Shown here: positions 1-9,221 of the stretch, in pieces
How positions within the stretch are numbered: the first letter of the stretch is position 1
How the letters are laid out: every line of letters starts with the position of its first letter
Assembly (NCBI GenBank): GCA_964440925.1
Contig: CAYTWY010000002.1
Span: 1-50,659, forward strand
From: an uncultured Propionivibrio sp.
GTDB lineage: Bacteria > Pseudomonadota > Gammaproteobacteria > Burkholderiales > Rhodocyclaceae
Reading direction: 5' to 3'
Length of the DNA: 50,659 nucleotides
The notes under the pieces: model-generated
Seen by the model: the letters and a program-made list of their open reading frames with translations, nothing else
What the model was told of the DNA's origin: nothing
Databases searched by the model: none
Made by a program: the position numbers and the translations under genes

Positions 1-1437
1 ACGCGCCGAGCAGGGGAGGAAAGTGATCAGGATGGCGGATACAGCGCGTTCACGCCGCGTCCCGGAAGCGGCTGCGGCGGAGATGGCCGGGACGTTGCAG
101 CCCAGACCAATGAGAAAGGGGACGGCGACGCCGCCGTGCAGCCCGAGGTAGTGAAAAGCGCGGTCGACGACAAAGGCGACGCGGTGCATGACGCCGGATT
201 CCTCGAGCAGAACCAGCAGCACAACCAGCGGCAGCATGTAAGGGATGACAATGCCGATCAGTCCGACCATGCCGTCGCAGATGGCGCGTCCGACAATACC
301 GGCTGTGCCTGTCGGCTGCCATTGCTGTGCCCATGCAGCGAGTCGGGCGGAAGTCCAGGCGTCAAGCTGGGTGCTGATTTCGAAGACGATGAGCAGGACA
401 AGGGCGAAAATGAGCAGGCTGCCAAGCAGGCCCCAGCGCGGATGCAGGAAGAGCTCGTCGAGCCAGAGCCGCCAGCCATCGCCGGAGTCTCTGCTACGCG
501 GGCTGGAGACGGCCTCAAAAAGGCATGCGGCGCGATGGTGGCGGTCGGCGTGGACTTCCTCAGAAAGCGGACGCGGCAGGGTTTGTTCGGCTTGCGTACG
601 CGCAGTGGTAATTTCTTCTAGCAGCGACGGTGAGTGAGCGCTCAGTGCGTGCAGGAAGTAGTCGTCGTTTTCCGCCAGTTGCGAGAGCAGGAGTGCCCTG
701 GGGACACGGAAAAGATCCTCGATTTCCGGCCGGGCAATGATCGTCTTCAATGGCTGCAGGCTGTCGTCGATGTGTCTGGCCGGACGTTGCGGGAGCGGGC
801 AGGTTTTTTCGCGGGCGAGAGCCAGCGCTGTTTCGAAGAGCGTGGTCAGTCCCTTGCCCATATGCGCGATGGTCGGAACAACAGGGGCGCCGAGGCGTTC
901 GCCGAGTTGCTGGACATTGATGTACAGCCCCTTTTTGCGCGCTTCGTCAACATGGTTGAGGGCGATGACTAGGGGACGCCCGAGCAGGCTGAGTTCGAGG
1001 CTCAGTTCGAGATCTCTTTCCAGGCGGGTGGCGTCGACGACGTGGATCAGCACGTCTGGAGCGGGGAAGTGGGTGCTCGCCGATGTTGATTCATGCGCAT
1101 CGTCTTGCGCCGCGATATGGGGCCAGTGGTCGCCCCAGAGCAGGTATTTCAGGACGACCTGATCGTGCGCGCTGAGATGGTGCAGCGAGTCGATCGAGGG
1201 GAGATCGACCAGGGCAATCTGCTCCAGCCCGACATCGACGACGCATTCCTGATAGGCGTCGCCGATGCCGGCCAGCCGGTCATGCTGTACGACCGGGCTG
1301 GAAGCGGCCTGGAAAAAGGTGCTCTTGCCGGCACCATGGCGCCCGATCAATGCTACCCGAGGGCGCCGTGAGCCGCGCAGCAGCGGAGTATGTAGCGGTA
1401 TTCTGGCCAGTGAATCGGGAGGGGGGGCGGCAGGCAT
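1..1437 (-). CDS. feoB: Ferrous iron transporter FeoB-family protein, 3' end truncated by the window start; atypical G-domain
   Basis: Translated by hand on the minus strand (absent from the ORF track because it runs off the window). ATG at 1437 gives MPAAPP...RVALIGRHGAGKST (P-loop), VDLPS, HVVDATRLERDL, LNHVD, then LEESGVMHRVAFVVDRAFHYLGLHG, FLIGLGCNVPA and ITFLPCSAR, which are FeoB gate motifs. The frame stays open upstream, so the start is inferred. Confidence 0.9.
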   Translation of the reverse strand, partial: MPAAPPPDSLARIPLHTPLLRGSRRPRVALIGRHGAGKSTFFQAASSPVVQHDRLAGIGDAYQECVVDVGLEQIALVDLPSIDSLHHLSAHDQVVLKYLLWGDHWPHIAAQDDAHESTSASTHFPAPDVLIHVVDATRLERDLELSLELSLLGRPLVIALNHVDEARKKGLYINVQQLGERLGAPVVPTIAHMGKGLTTLFETALALAREKTCPLPQRPARHIDDSLQPLKTIIARPEIEDLFRVPRALLLSQLAENDDYFLHALSAHSPSLLEEITTARTQAEQTLPRPLSEEVHADRHHRAACLFEAVSSPRSRDSGDGWRLWLDELFLHPRWGLLGSLLIFALVLLIVFEISTQLDAWTSARLAAWAQQWQPTGTAGIVGRAICDGMVGLIGIVIPYMLPLVVLLVLLEESGVMHRVAFVVDRAFHYLGLHGGVAVPFLIGLGCNVPAISAAAASGTRRERAVSAILITFLPCSAR

Positions 1438-1631
1438 CGATTTCGGGGCGGGAGAAAGTCCGGATGCAAATCCGGGAGGAGGAATGTTCCGGGAGCCGCA
1501 GGCCGGCGAGGTGCTAAACTGCCATCCTGCACGAGGCAGGCAATTTAACATCAAAACCGGCATGCATAAACCCTGGCAGGAAAGCGCCCGCTTCCTTGGC
1601 GCAGCTTCCAGTCGTTTCTTCCTTTGCGTTC

Positions 1632-2345
1632 ATGTTTCCTTTTTTTCGTTCTCCTTTGTTCCGGGCCTTGATGCTTTCCCTGTGGGCGCATCTGCTGCTT
1701 CTGCTGCCGGCGGCTTCTTGGCGTCCATTGCGGACGGAAATCTTCGAAGTGCCGGGGCCTGTGGTGCTGAACGCCAATCTTCGTCCCTTGTCGGTGAGGG
1801 CGCAGACAGCGGATCAGGGCAGGCGGACGCCTCCGCCGGCAATAAGCGCGGAAAAATCGTCACAGGCCGTGCCGGCCAAGCCGCTGGTCGTTAGCGAAGC
1901 GTCGACGCAGACAACGCCTGACGCGCCATCGGCTGCGCCGGTTTCCGGCGAAGTCCGGACGTCGCCGAGTGCTCCCGTCGGCGCGGCGGCGTCTGGGCGC
2001 CCTGCGGGAAGCCAGGCGCAGGCCTCCGGGCGCGAAGGGGTGCGAGCCGACGAGATGCGTCAGTACCGGCTCTCGGTGGCGTCGGCGGCCCGGCGTTTCA
2101 AGCGCTATCCGCCTTTGGCACGGGAGCGGTTGTGGGAGGGAAAGGTCGGTCTGGAAGTGAGCGTTTCGGTGCTTTTACCTCTGCCGGAAGTCAGCCTGAC
2201 GCATTCGAGCGGCTATCCGCTGCTCGACGAGCAGGGGCTCGAAACGATGCGCCGTGCCGTGCACGCCACGCCGTTGCCGGAAGCTTTGCGTGGGAAGAGC
2301 TGGCGCGAGCCGTTTGCGATCAGTTTCAGTCTGGAGAACGAGTGA
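1632..2345 (+). CDS. tonB: Energy transducer TonB-family protein
   Basis: N-terminal TM helix with SxxxH (SLWAHLLLL), Pro/Ala-rich linker, and TonB_C domain (KRYPPLARERLWEGKV...SSGYPLLDEQGL). ATG at 1632 preferred over TTG at 1596. Confidence 0.8.
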   Translation: MFPFFRSPLFRALMLSLWAHLLLLLPAASWRPLRTEIFEVPGPVVLNANLRPLSVRAQTADQGRRTPPPAISAEKSSQAVPAKPLVVSEASTQTTPDAPSAAPVSGEVRTSPSAPVGAAASGRPAGSQAQASGREGVRADEMRQYRLSVASAARRFKRYPPLARERLWEGKVGLEVSVSVLLPLPEVSLTHSSGYPLLDEQGLETMRRAVHATPLPEALRGKSWREPFAISFSLENE

Positions 2346-2877
2346 GTGTCGGGTGCAGGACTTCTTCGTGGAAATGGAAGTTTCCTGCGCGCCGGTCGGC
2401 GAAGTAGTGCTGCAGGCAGCGCGTGACGCTCTGGAAGGCAATTTCATCCCAGGGAATATCGGTCTCGCTAAACAGCCCGGTTTCCAGACTTTCCTCTCCC
2501 GGAGCGAAGTCGGTGTCGAGCAGACGGGCACGGTAGAACAGAAGAACCTGGTCGTGGTGCGGGATGTTGATGAGGGTAAAGAGCGTTGCCAGTTCGACGC
2601 GGGCGCAGGCTTCTTCCTGTGTTTCGCGCAGGGCGGCCTGGCTTGTCGATTCGCCGTTTTCCATGAAACCAGCGGGGAGTGTCCATCGGCCAAGACGAGG
2701 TTCGATGGCGCGGCGGCAGAGCAGGATGTCGCCCTGCCATTCGGCAATGCAGCCGACGATGATTTTTGGGTTCTGGTAGTGAATCGTCGCGCAGGCCGGG
2801 CAGACGTGGCGGGGCATGTTGTCGCCGGCGGGAATTCGGTATTCGAGGGGAGTTCCGCATTCGGAGCAGTATTTCAT
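2326..2877 (-). CDS. NUDIX hydrolase with N-terminal zinc ribbon
   Basis: MKYCSECG...VCPAC...HYQNPK zinc ribbon; Nudix box GFMENGESTSQAALRETQEEA. Its 3' end overlaps the 3' end of tonB by 20 bp (convergent). Confidence 0.92.
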   Translation of the reverse strand: MKYCSECGTPLEYRIPAGDNMPRHVCPACATIHYQNPKIIVGCIAEWQGDILLCRRAIEPRLGRWTLPAGFMENGESTSQAALRETQEEACARVELATLFTLINIPHHDQVLLFYRARLLDTDFAPGEESLETGLFSETDIPWDEIAFQSVTRCLQHYFADRRAGNFHFHEEVLHPTLTRSPD

Positions 2878-3104
2878 ACGACATGACTTTCTATGACAAA
2901 ACCGGTCTCGCGGGGGCCGGGCGTGGCGCGATACGGGACATTTTTCATGGCGTGATTCTATACGATGGCGATGATGTCTTCTTTTGCCACTTCGGTTACT
3001 TTCGTGCAGCGGCAGGGGCGGTTTTTGTTTCCCGGCGTGACGCATGCGGCTACAATAACCGGGCGGCGTGCGTTGCATGTCCGGACGGCGTGACAGGAGG
3101 TTGA

Positions 3105-3962
3105 ATGTTTCTCATCGTTGGCTATGTCATCATTTTGGGTTCCGCGATCGGAACCTATGCGGTTCACGGCAGTCTTGCTGCCCTGTGGATGCCGCTGGAG
3201 TATGTGGCGATCGTCGGTCTGGCTCTGGGCAGTTTCCTGGCCGGCAATGATATCAAGACGATCAAGTCAACGATTGGTTCCCTGCCCAGTCTGTTCAAGG
3301 GGGCGAAGTATTCCAAGGCGCTTTACGTCGATCTGCTTTCCATGCTTTTCGAAGTGCTGGCCAAGGTGCGCAAGGAAGGCCTGATGTCGATCGAGAACGA
3401 CGTCGAGAATCCGCACGAAAGCCCGATTTTCGGCAAGTATCCGGCGCTGGCGCACGATCATCATGTGATGGAATTCATTACCGATTATCTGCGCATGATG
3501 GTGGGCGGCAACCTCAATGCGATTGAAATCGAAAATCTGATGGACGTGGAAATCGAGACGCATCATCACGAGGTCGAGCTTCCCGGGCACGTGATGGCCA
3601 AGGTGGCCGATGCCTTGCCGGCTTTCGGTATCGTCGTGGCGGTGATGGGCGTGGTCAACGTCATGGGGTCGGTCGGCGAGCCTCCCCCGGTTCTGGGCAA
3701 GATGATCGGTGGTGCGCTGGTCGGGACTTTCCTCGGCATCCTCGTTTCCTATGGTTTCGTGGCGCCGGTGGCGAGCCAGCTGGAGCAGAAGGCGCACGAA
3801 GGTTCGAAGATCTTTCAGGTGATCAAGGTGGTCTTGCTGGCCTCGATGTCGGGCTATGCGCCGCAGGTTGCCGTCGAGTTCGGGCGCAAGGCGCTGTTCT
3901 CCGGAGATCGTCCGTCCTTTATCGAGCTTGAGGCCGAACTCAAGGCGCGCAAGGGAAAGTAA
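3105..3962 (+). CDS. motA: Flagellar stator protein MotA
   Basis: RKEGLMSIE, ADALPAFGIVVAVMGVV, GALVGTFLGIL, AVEFGRK; RBS AGGAGG upstream. Confidence 0.97.
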   Translation: MFLIVGYVIILGSAIGTYAVHGSLAALWMPLEYVAIVGLALGSFLAGNDIKTIKSTIGSLPSLFKGAKYSKALYVDLLSMLFEVLAKVRKEGLMSIENDVENPHESPIFGKYPALAHDHHVMEFITDYLRMMVGGNLNAIEIENLMDVEIETHHHEVELPGHVMAKVADALPAFGIVVAVMGVVNVMGSVGEPPPVLGKMIGGALVGTFLGILVSYGFVAPVASQLEQKAHEGSKIFQVIKVVLLASMSGYAPQVAVEFGRKALFSGDRPSFIELEAELKARKGK

Positions 3963-3989
3963 TTCCGGTTTCCTGGGCAAGGATCACGA

Positions 3990-4946
3990 ATGAGCGAAGA
4001 CGTACGCCCCATAGTCATCAAGCGCATCAAAAAGGTGGCGGGCGGCCATCATGGTGGCGCCTGGAAACTTGCCTACGCCGATTTCGTCACGGCGATGATG
4101 GCTTTCTTTATTCTTATGTGGCTGCTCGGTTCGGTCGCCAGTGGCGATCTCAAGGGGATTGCCGAGTATTTCCAGAATCCGATGAAAGTCAGCCTGATGG
4201 GGGGGACGGGGGCTGGCGATGCGACAAGTATCCTGAAGGGGGGCGGTACCGATATCACCCGTAGTTCTGGGCAGGTCAAGGGCGGGGAGTCCTCGGTGAG
4301 CAAGAAGTCGCCCGACCTGAAGGATACCAAGAGCGAGCAGTTGCGCCGCGAATTCGAACAGCGCGAAAGAGCCTCGTTGAATGAACTGAAGAAAAGCATC
4401 GAGCGCCTGATCGACAGCAATTCGATGCTTCGGCAATTCAAGAACCATCTGCTGATCGATGTGACTCCCGAGGGGTTGCGCATCCAGATTCTCGACGAAA
4501 AGAACCGGCCGATGTTCGATACCAGCAGTGCCGATCTGAAACCTTACTCGCGCGTGATTTTGCGCGAAATTGGCAAAGCGCTAAATGCCGTTCCCAACAA
4601 GGTGAGCTTTTCCGGGCACACGGATGCGGCGCAGTACATGAGTGGCGAGAAAGGTTTTTCCAACTGGGAGCTTTCCGCCAACCGGGCCAATTCTGCACGC
4701 CGCGAGATGATCGCCGGGGGGATGGACGAAAACAAGGTGTTGCGGGTGGTCGGTCTGTCATCGACCGTGCTGTTTGACAAGAACGATCCGCTCAGCCATT
4801 CCAACCGGCGGATCAACATCATCGTGCTGAACAAGAGAACCGAGGAAGCAATGCTGCAGGAGGATGGGAGCGCAAGCGTCGATATTGATGCCAACGGTTC
4901 CTTTCCGGCGCTGGCTTCCTCACCTTCGGCAGATATCAGAAAGTGA
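3990..4946 (+). CDS. motB: Flagellar stator protein MotB
   Basis: HHGGAWKLAYADFVTAMMAFF TM with the conserved Asp; OmpA-like domain GHTD...NWELSANRA...NRRI. Confidence 0.97.
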   Translation: MSEDVRPIVIKRIKKVAGGHHGGAWKLAYADFVTAMMAFFILMWLLGSVASGDLKGIAEYFQNPMKVSLMGGTGAGDATSILKGGGTDITRSSGQVKGGESSVSKKSPDLKDTKSEQLRREFEQRERASLNELKKSIERLIDSNSMLRQFKNHLLIDVTPEGLRIQILDEKNRPMFDTSSADLKPYSRVILREIGKALNAVPNKVSFSGHTDAAQYMSGEKGFSNWELSANRANSARREMIAGGMDENKVLRVVGLSSTVLFDKNDPLSHSNRRINIIVLNKRTEEAMLQEDGSASVDIDANGSFPALASSPSADIRK

Positions 4947-5027
4947 CCCTTTGCCTTTCATCGGCAGAGGCAGTCTTGCGGTATCGGCTCGGGAAACAGG
5001 GGAGCGAATATTTTTTGGAGGGAAGTC

Positions 5028-5903
5028 GTGCCTGAACAGAAACCTGGGTTTTCCCCCCTGCTGATATCGCGTGGAGCAAATGAACGCGAGTTTTCCTTTA
5101 CGTCCGAGGATTTCGAGCGTGTGCGCAAGCTGATTTACGAATTTGCCGGCATTTCTCTTTCCGAAACCAAGCAGGATATGGTGTACAGCCGCCTGGCGCG
5201 TCGTTTGCGTGAGACACGGCTGAAGTCGTTTGGTGAATATCTGGCGTTGCTGGAGCGCGGCGATCACCGGGAATGGGAGAAATTTGTCAATTCCTTAACC
5301 ACGAATCTCACTTCTTTTTTCCGCGAACCGCATCATTTTCCGATTCTCGCCGATTATCTGAAGGAATTGCGTGGCCGTCCGTCGATCAAGATTTGGTGTT
5401 CTGCGGCCTCGACCGGGGAGGAGCCTTACAGTATCGCCATGACGGCGGTGGAAACGTTCAACAGTTTCAATGCGCCAGTGTCGATCGTGGCTACCGATCT
5501 GGATACCAGCGTTCTGGCGACGGCAGAAAAAGGTGTTTATCCGGCGGATCGGGTGGATAAGCTGTCTGCTGAACGTTTGAGCCGCTTTTTCCTCAAGAGC
5601 GCATCCGGAGCGCAAAGCGGGTATGTTGTGCGGCCGGAATTGCGGCGCATGATTACTTTTCAGCGACTCAACCTGCTTGAGCCGAACTGGTTCGTGCGCG
5701 CTCCGCTGGACGTTATTTTCTGTCGTAATGTCATGATTTATTTCGACAAGCCGACCCAGTACAAAATACTGTCCCGCTTTGCTCCGCTGATGAGCGGGGC
5801 CGGGCTGCTGTTTGCCGGGCATTCGGAGAGTTTCTTGCATGCTGCGGATTTGTTCCGTTCGCGGGGGAAGACGGTCTATGAACTCGTGCCAAAATCCCGC
5901 TGA
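5028..5903 (+). CDS. cheR: Chemotaxis protein-glutamate O-methyltransferase CheR
   Basis: [41 protein letters not shown]; GTG start after GGAGG. Confidence 0.96.
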   Translation: MPEQKPGFSPLLISRGANEREFSFTSEDFERVRKLIYEFAGISLSETKQDMVYSRLARRLRETRLKSFGEYLALLERGDHREWEKFVNSLTTNLTSFFREPHHFPILADYLKELRGRPSIKIWCSAASTGEEPYSIAMTAVETFNSFNAPVSIVATDLDTSVLATAEKGVYPADRVDKLSAERLSRFFLKSASGAQSGYVVRPELRRMITFQRLNLLEPNWFVRAPLDVIFCRNVMIYFDKPTQYKILSRFAPLMSGAGLLFAGHSESFLHAADLFRSRGKTVYELVPKSR

Positions 5904-5946
5904 CCTAGGAAAATCCCCAGGGGGGAATGAGGGGAAAGAGCATCAT

Positions 5947-6525
5947 GTGGCATGCGGCGATAAGATCATTTTTGTCGGCGCTTCCACCGGGGGGACCGAA
6001 GCGGTCAAAACCTTTTTGTTGGGAATTCCTTCGGATTGCCCGCCGGTTTTCATCGTCCAGCATATGCCGCAGTCGTTTACCGGTTCGTTTGCTGCGCGCC
6101 TCGACAGCCTTTGTCCTCCCCATGTTGTTGAAGCGCAAGGGGGGGAGAATGTGACTTCGGGGACGGTCTATATCGCCCCCGGGCACTCGCATCTGAAAAT
6201 CCGCCGCGGAGGGCATGGCTATATTACCGAACTGCTGGCTTCTCCGCCGGTGAATCGCCACCGCCCTTCGGTGGATGTGTTGTTCGATTCGGCAGCCGAG
6301 GTCGTCGGACGTCACGCGATCGGAGTGATTCTCACCGGCATGGGCAAGGACGGTGCGTGCGGTCTGCTGCGCATGCGCAAGGCGGGGGCGAAAACTTTCG
6401 GTCAGGACGAAGCCAGTTGCATCGTTTATGGGATGCCGCGGGAAGCAGCATTGATCGGTGCCGTCGAGGAGGCGGTCTGTCTGGCCGATATTTCCAGACG
6501 GGTACTTATGGTCTTGGGGCGGTGA
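5947..6525 (+). CDS. cheB: CheB methylesterase, catalytic domain only (no receiver domain)
   Basis: [43 protein letters not shown] at 5947 follows a purine-rich RBS and lies only 43 bp after the cheR stop, leaving no room for a REC domain. Confidence 0.9.
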   Translation: MACGDKIIFVGASTGGTEAVKTFLLGIPSDCPPVFIVQHMPQSFTGSFAARLDSLCPPHVVEAQGGENVTSGTVYIAPGHSHLKIRRGGHGYITELLASPPVNRHRPSVDVLFDSAAEVVGRHAIGVILTGMGKDGACGLLRMRKAGAKTFGQDEASCIVYGMPREAALIGAVEEAVCLADISRRVLMVLGR

Positions 6526-6839
6526 GGCAGCCTCCAGAGGGTTCAGGGCCGAGCCCGATTTGCCGTAAGTCCAGCGAGCCGGCGGTGTGCTGATCCGGTG
6601 TGAAAAACCGCATGCCGTGCTTTTTCAGCGTCCTTTACACGGTTTTCCGACGTGCTCGTGGACGGGTTTTGCCCGCTTTGACGAAGGGTGAGGAATGAAC
6701 CCCTTGTGTGGGTTAAGTCCTAGTCCTGATGCGGTATTGCGGCGGTTTTTTCTGTTGATGCTTGTGGTGAAATGACGATTGTTAGATTAAGATACAAGAA
6801 ACAGGGTGTCCGGTCGTTTTCCCAAAAGGGAGTCAAGGC

Positions 6840-7820
6840 ATGTCAGAGCTGTTAAAAAGTATTGATGCGCGTACCAAACTTGCCGGTACCAACAAGCTGG
6901 AAATTCTCTTGTTTTCGCTTGGCGTGAATTCGCTTAACGGGCGCAGGGAAACGTTCGGCATCAATGTGTTCAAGGTGCGCGAGGTGATGCGAACGCCTCC
7001 GATTACTGCCGCGCCGGAGATGCCGGCTTCGGTCGAAGGTATGGTCAGCTTGCGCGGGGCGCTGGTGCCAGTTGTCGATTTGGCCAAATATGCCGGCGTG
7101 GCGACGGATACGCCGCGTTCGAGTTCGATCATGATTGTGACCGAATACGCCGGACATACGCAAGGTTTCCTAGTCGAGGCGGTCGATACCATTTTGCGCC
7201 TTGACTGGAGCCAGATGAAGGTTCCGCCGGAAATGCTGGTGGCCGAGATGGGGGGGCTGGTGACTGCCGTGACCGAATTGCCCGACGGCCGGCTGGTGAT
7301 GATGATGGATGTCGAGAAGGTGTTGTCGGAAACGACGAAATATGACGAGGAAGCCGTTTACCGTAACATCAAACCCATTAACAATCCGAAGCTTACCGTC
7401 CTTTTTGCTGACGATTCGGTGGTGGCGCGCAACCAGATTGTCCGGACGCTGGATGCGATGAAGGTAGGGTATGTGGCGTCTATCAATGGCCGGCATGCCT
7501 GGAATGAGCTCGAAAAACTCGCCGCGTATGCGCAGGCCTCCGGGCAGCCGATTACCGAACTGGTCAGCCTGGTCCTGACCGACGTTGAAATGCCCGAAAT
7601 GGACGGTTATATCCTGACCAAGAAAATCAAGTCTGATCAGCGTTTTGCCGGTATTCCGGTCATCATGCACTCTTCTTTGTCCGGGATGTCCAACCAGCAA
7701 TTGGGTAAATCGGTCGGGGTGGACGAGTATGTTCCCAAGTTTGAAGCCCAGAAGCTTTCGGAAACCCTGACGCGGCGTTTGGTGGGACTGCTTCCTGCCG
7801 CACAGACCGGCAAGGCTTGA
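6840..7820 (+). CDS. cheV: Chemotaxis protein CheV (CheW domain + receiver), copy 1
   Basis: FGINVFKVREV CheW domain; receiver FADDS...TDVEMPEMDG...HSSLSG...VPKF. Confidence 0.95.
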   Translation: MSELLKSIDARTKLAGTNKLEILLFSLGVNSLNGRRETFGINVFKVREVMRTPPITAAPEMPASVEGMVSLRGALVPVVDLAKYAGVATDTPRSSSIMIVTEYAGHTQGFLVEAVDTILRLDWSQMKVPPEMLVAEMGGLVTAVTELPDGRLVMMMDVEKVLSETTKYDEEAVYRNIKPINNPKLTVLFADDSVVARNQIVRTLDAMKVGYVASINGRHAWNELEKLAAYAQASGQPITELVSLVLTDVEMPEMDGYILTKKIKSDQRFAGIPVIMHSSLSGMSNQQLGKSVGVDEYVPKFEAQKLSETLTRRLVGLLPAAQTGKA

Positions 7821-7846
7821 GGCGGCGATCACGTTGGAGTGTGGCG

Positions 7847-8794
7847 ATGACGATGGACATGACGGAAAGCAACAAGAACCTGCTCGATAGTGTCGATGCG
7901 CGGACACGCTTGGCCGGTTCCAATAAAATGGAGATTCTTCTTTTCTCACTCGGGACGCGGGAGACCTTCGGTATCAACGTGTTCAAGGTGCGGGAAGTGG
8001 GGCGGACACCGCATATCACCAAAACGCCCAATATGCCGCATGGCGTTGAAGGCTTGGTTTCATTGCGCGGCAATGTAATTCCCGTGCTTTCCCTAGCCAG
8101 TTTTCTCGATCTCAAGGGTATGCCCGGCGAGCGGGGCAACACCATGATGGTTGCCGAGTATTCGAAGCGTACTCTGGGTTTTCTGGTGCATGAAGTCGAT
8201 CGTATCATCCGGGTCGACTGGGAGAAGGTCAAAGCCCCGGAAAGTGTCCTGTCGTCGAATCAGGGGCTGATCACGGCGATTACCGAACTGGAAAACGGGA
8301 CGCTGGTTTCCCTGCTCGATGTCGAACAGATTCTTGCCAATGCCTTTGGCGAGGCCGTCATCATCGACATTCCCTTGGCGCAGGTGAATGAGGATACCGG
8401 GGTGTTTTTTGTTGACGATTCTCTGGTTGCGCGGCGCAAGATTGCGGAAGTGCTCGATAAACTCGGCGTCAAGCACAAGCACGCAACCAATGGGGTCGAG
8501 GCATGGAGTCGCCTGCAGGGTCTTGCGGCACATGCCATACAGACCAATTCGCCGTTGCGTGATACAACACGGTTGATTCTCGTCGACGCCGAGATGCCGG
8601 AGATGGATGGCTACGTGCTGACCAAGAATATCAAGGCCGATTCGCGTTTCGACGGCATTCCCGTGGTCATGCACTCCTCCCTTTCTTCGGAAGCGAACCG
8701 GGCCATGGGGCAGGCGGTCGGGGTGGATGCTTATGTGGCGAAATTTGATGCTGAAGTTCTGGCCGATACCCTTCGGCCGATGCTTGAGCGATAG
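7847..8794 (+). CDS. cheV: Chemotaxis protein CheV, copy 2
   Basis: FGINVFKVREV; receiver VDDS...VDAEMPEMDG...HSSLSS...VAKF. ATG at 7847 follows GGAG; 7853 and 7859 are alternative starts. Confidence 0.95.
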   Translation: MTMDMTESNKNLLDSVDARTRLAGSNKMEILLFSLGTRETFGINVFKVREVGRTPHITKTPNMPHGVEGLVSLRGNVIPVLSLASFLDLKGMPGERGNTMMVAEYSKRTLGFLVHEVDRIIRVDWEKVKAPESVLSSNQGLITAITELENGTLVSLLDVEQILANAFGEAVIIDIPLAQVNEDTGVFFVDDSLVARRKIAEVLDKLGVKHKHATNGVEAWSRLQGLAAHAIQTNSPLRDTTRLILVDAEMPEMDGYVLTKNIKADSRFDGIPVVMHSSLSSEANRAMGQAVGVDAYVAKFDAEVLADTLRPMLER

Positions 8795-8830
8795 AAATAA
8801 ATCGAAAAAGAGTGACGGGAGTATAAAAGA

Positions 8831-9220
8831 ATGGTTGATCCGAAGTTAAGGATTCTGGTGGTCGACGATTTTTCGACGATGCGCCGCATCGTGAGAAATC
8901 TGCTCAAGGAGCTGGGATTCACCAATGTGGATGAGGCTGAAGACGGTGCGATTGCCTTGCAGAAATTGCAGGCAGGCGGATTCGAGTTCGTCGTGACCGA
9001 CTGGAACATGCCCAATATGGATGGTCTGCAATTGCTGCAAGCCATTCGTTCAACGCCTTCCCTGGCGCATCTGCCGGTGTTGATGATTACGGCAGAGGCA
9101 AAAAAAGAGAACATCATCGCCGCCGCCCAGGCCGGTGCCAGTGGCTATATTGTGAAGCCATTCACGGCGGCTACTCTTTCCGAAAAACTGCAGAAAATTT
9201 TTGAAAAAATGGGTGTCTGA
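8831..9220 (+). CDS. cheY: Chemotaxis response regulator CheY
   Basis: [33 protein letters not shown]. Confidence 0.98.
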   Translation: MVDPKLRILVVDDFSTMRRIVRNLLKELGFTNVDEAEDGAIALQKLQAGGFEFVVTDWNMPNMDGLQLLQAIRSTPSLAHLPVLMITAEAKKENIIAAAQAGASGYIVKPFTAATLSEKLQKIFEKMGV

Positions 9221-9221
9221 A

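Noticed and set aside
136-1371. Plus-strand ORFs 136..621, 634..972, 737..1162 and 1093..1371
   Set aside because: Antisense shadows of the minus-strand feoB frame, which carries clear family motifs.
1438-1631. Fur box in the feoB-tonB divergent gap
   Set aside because: No convincing match to GATAATGATAATCATTATC.
5812-5946. Possible remnant or frameshifted CheB receiver domain
   Set aside because: The upstream in-frame sequence overlaps the cheR 3' end and shows no REC motifs, and the gap is too short for a ~120-aa domain.
6526-6839. c-di-GMP riboswitch upstream of cheV
   Set aside because: I could not find the class-I GEMM hallmarks (GGCAAA...GAAA tetraloop...GCAAAG) by eye. An Rfam scan would be needed to exclude it fully.
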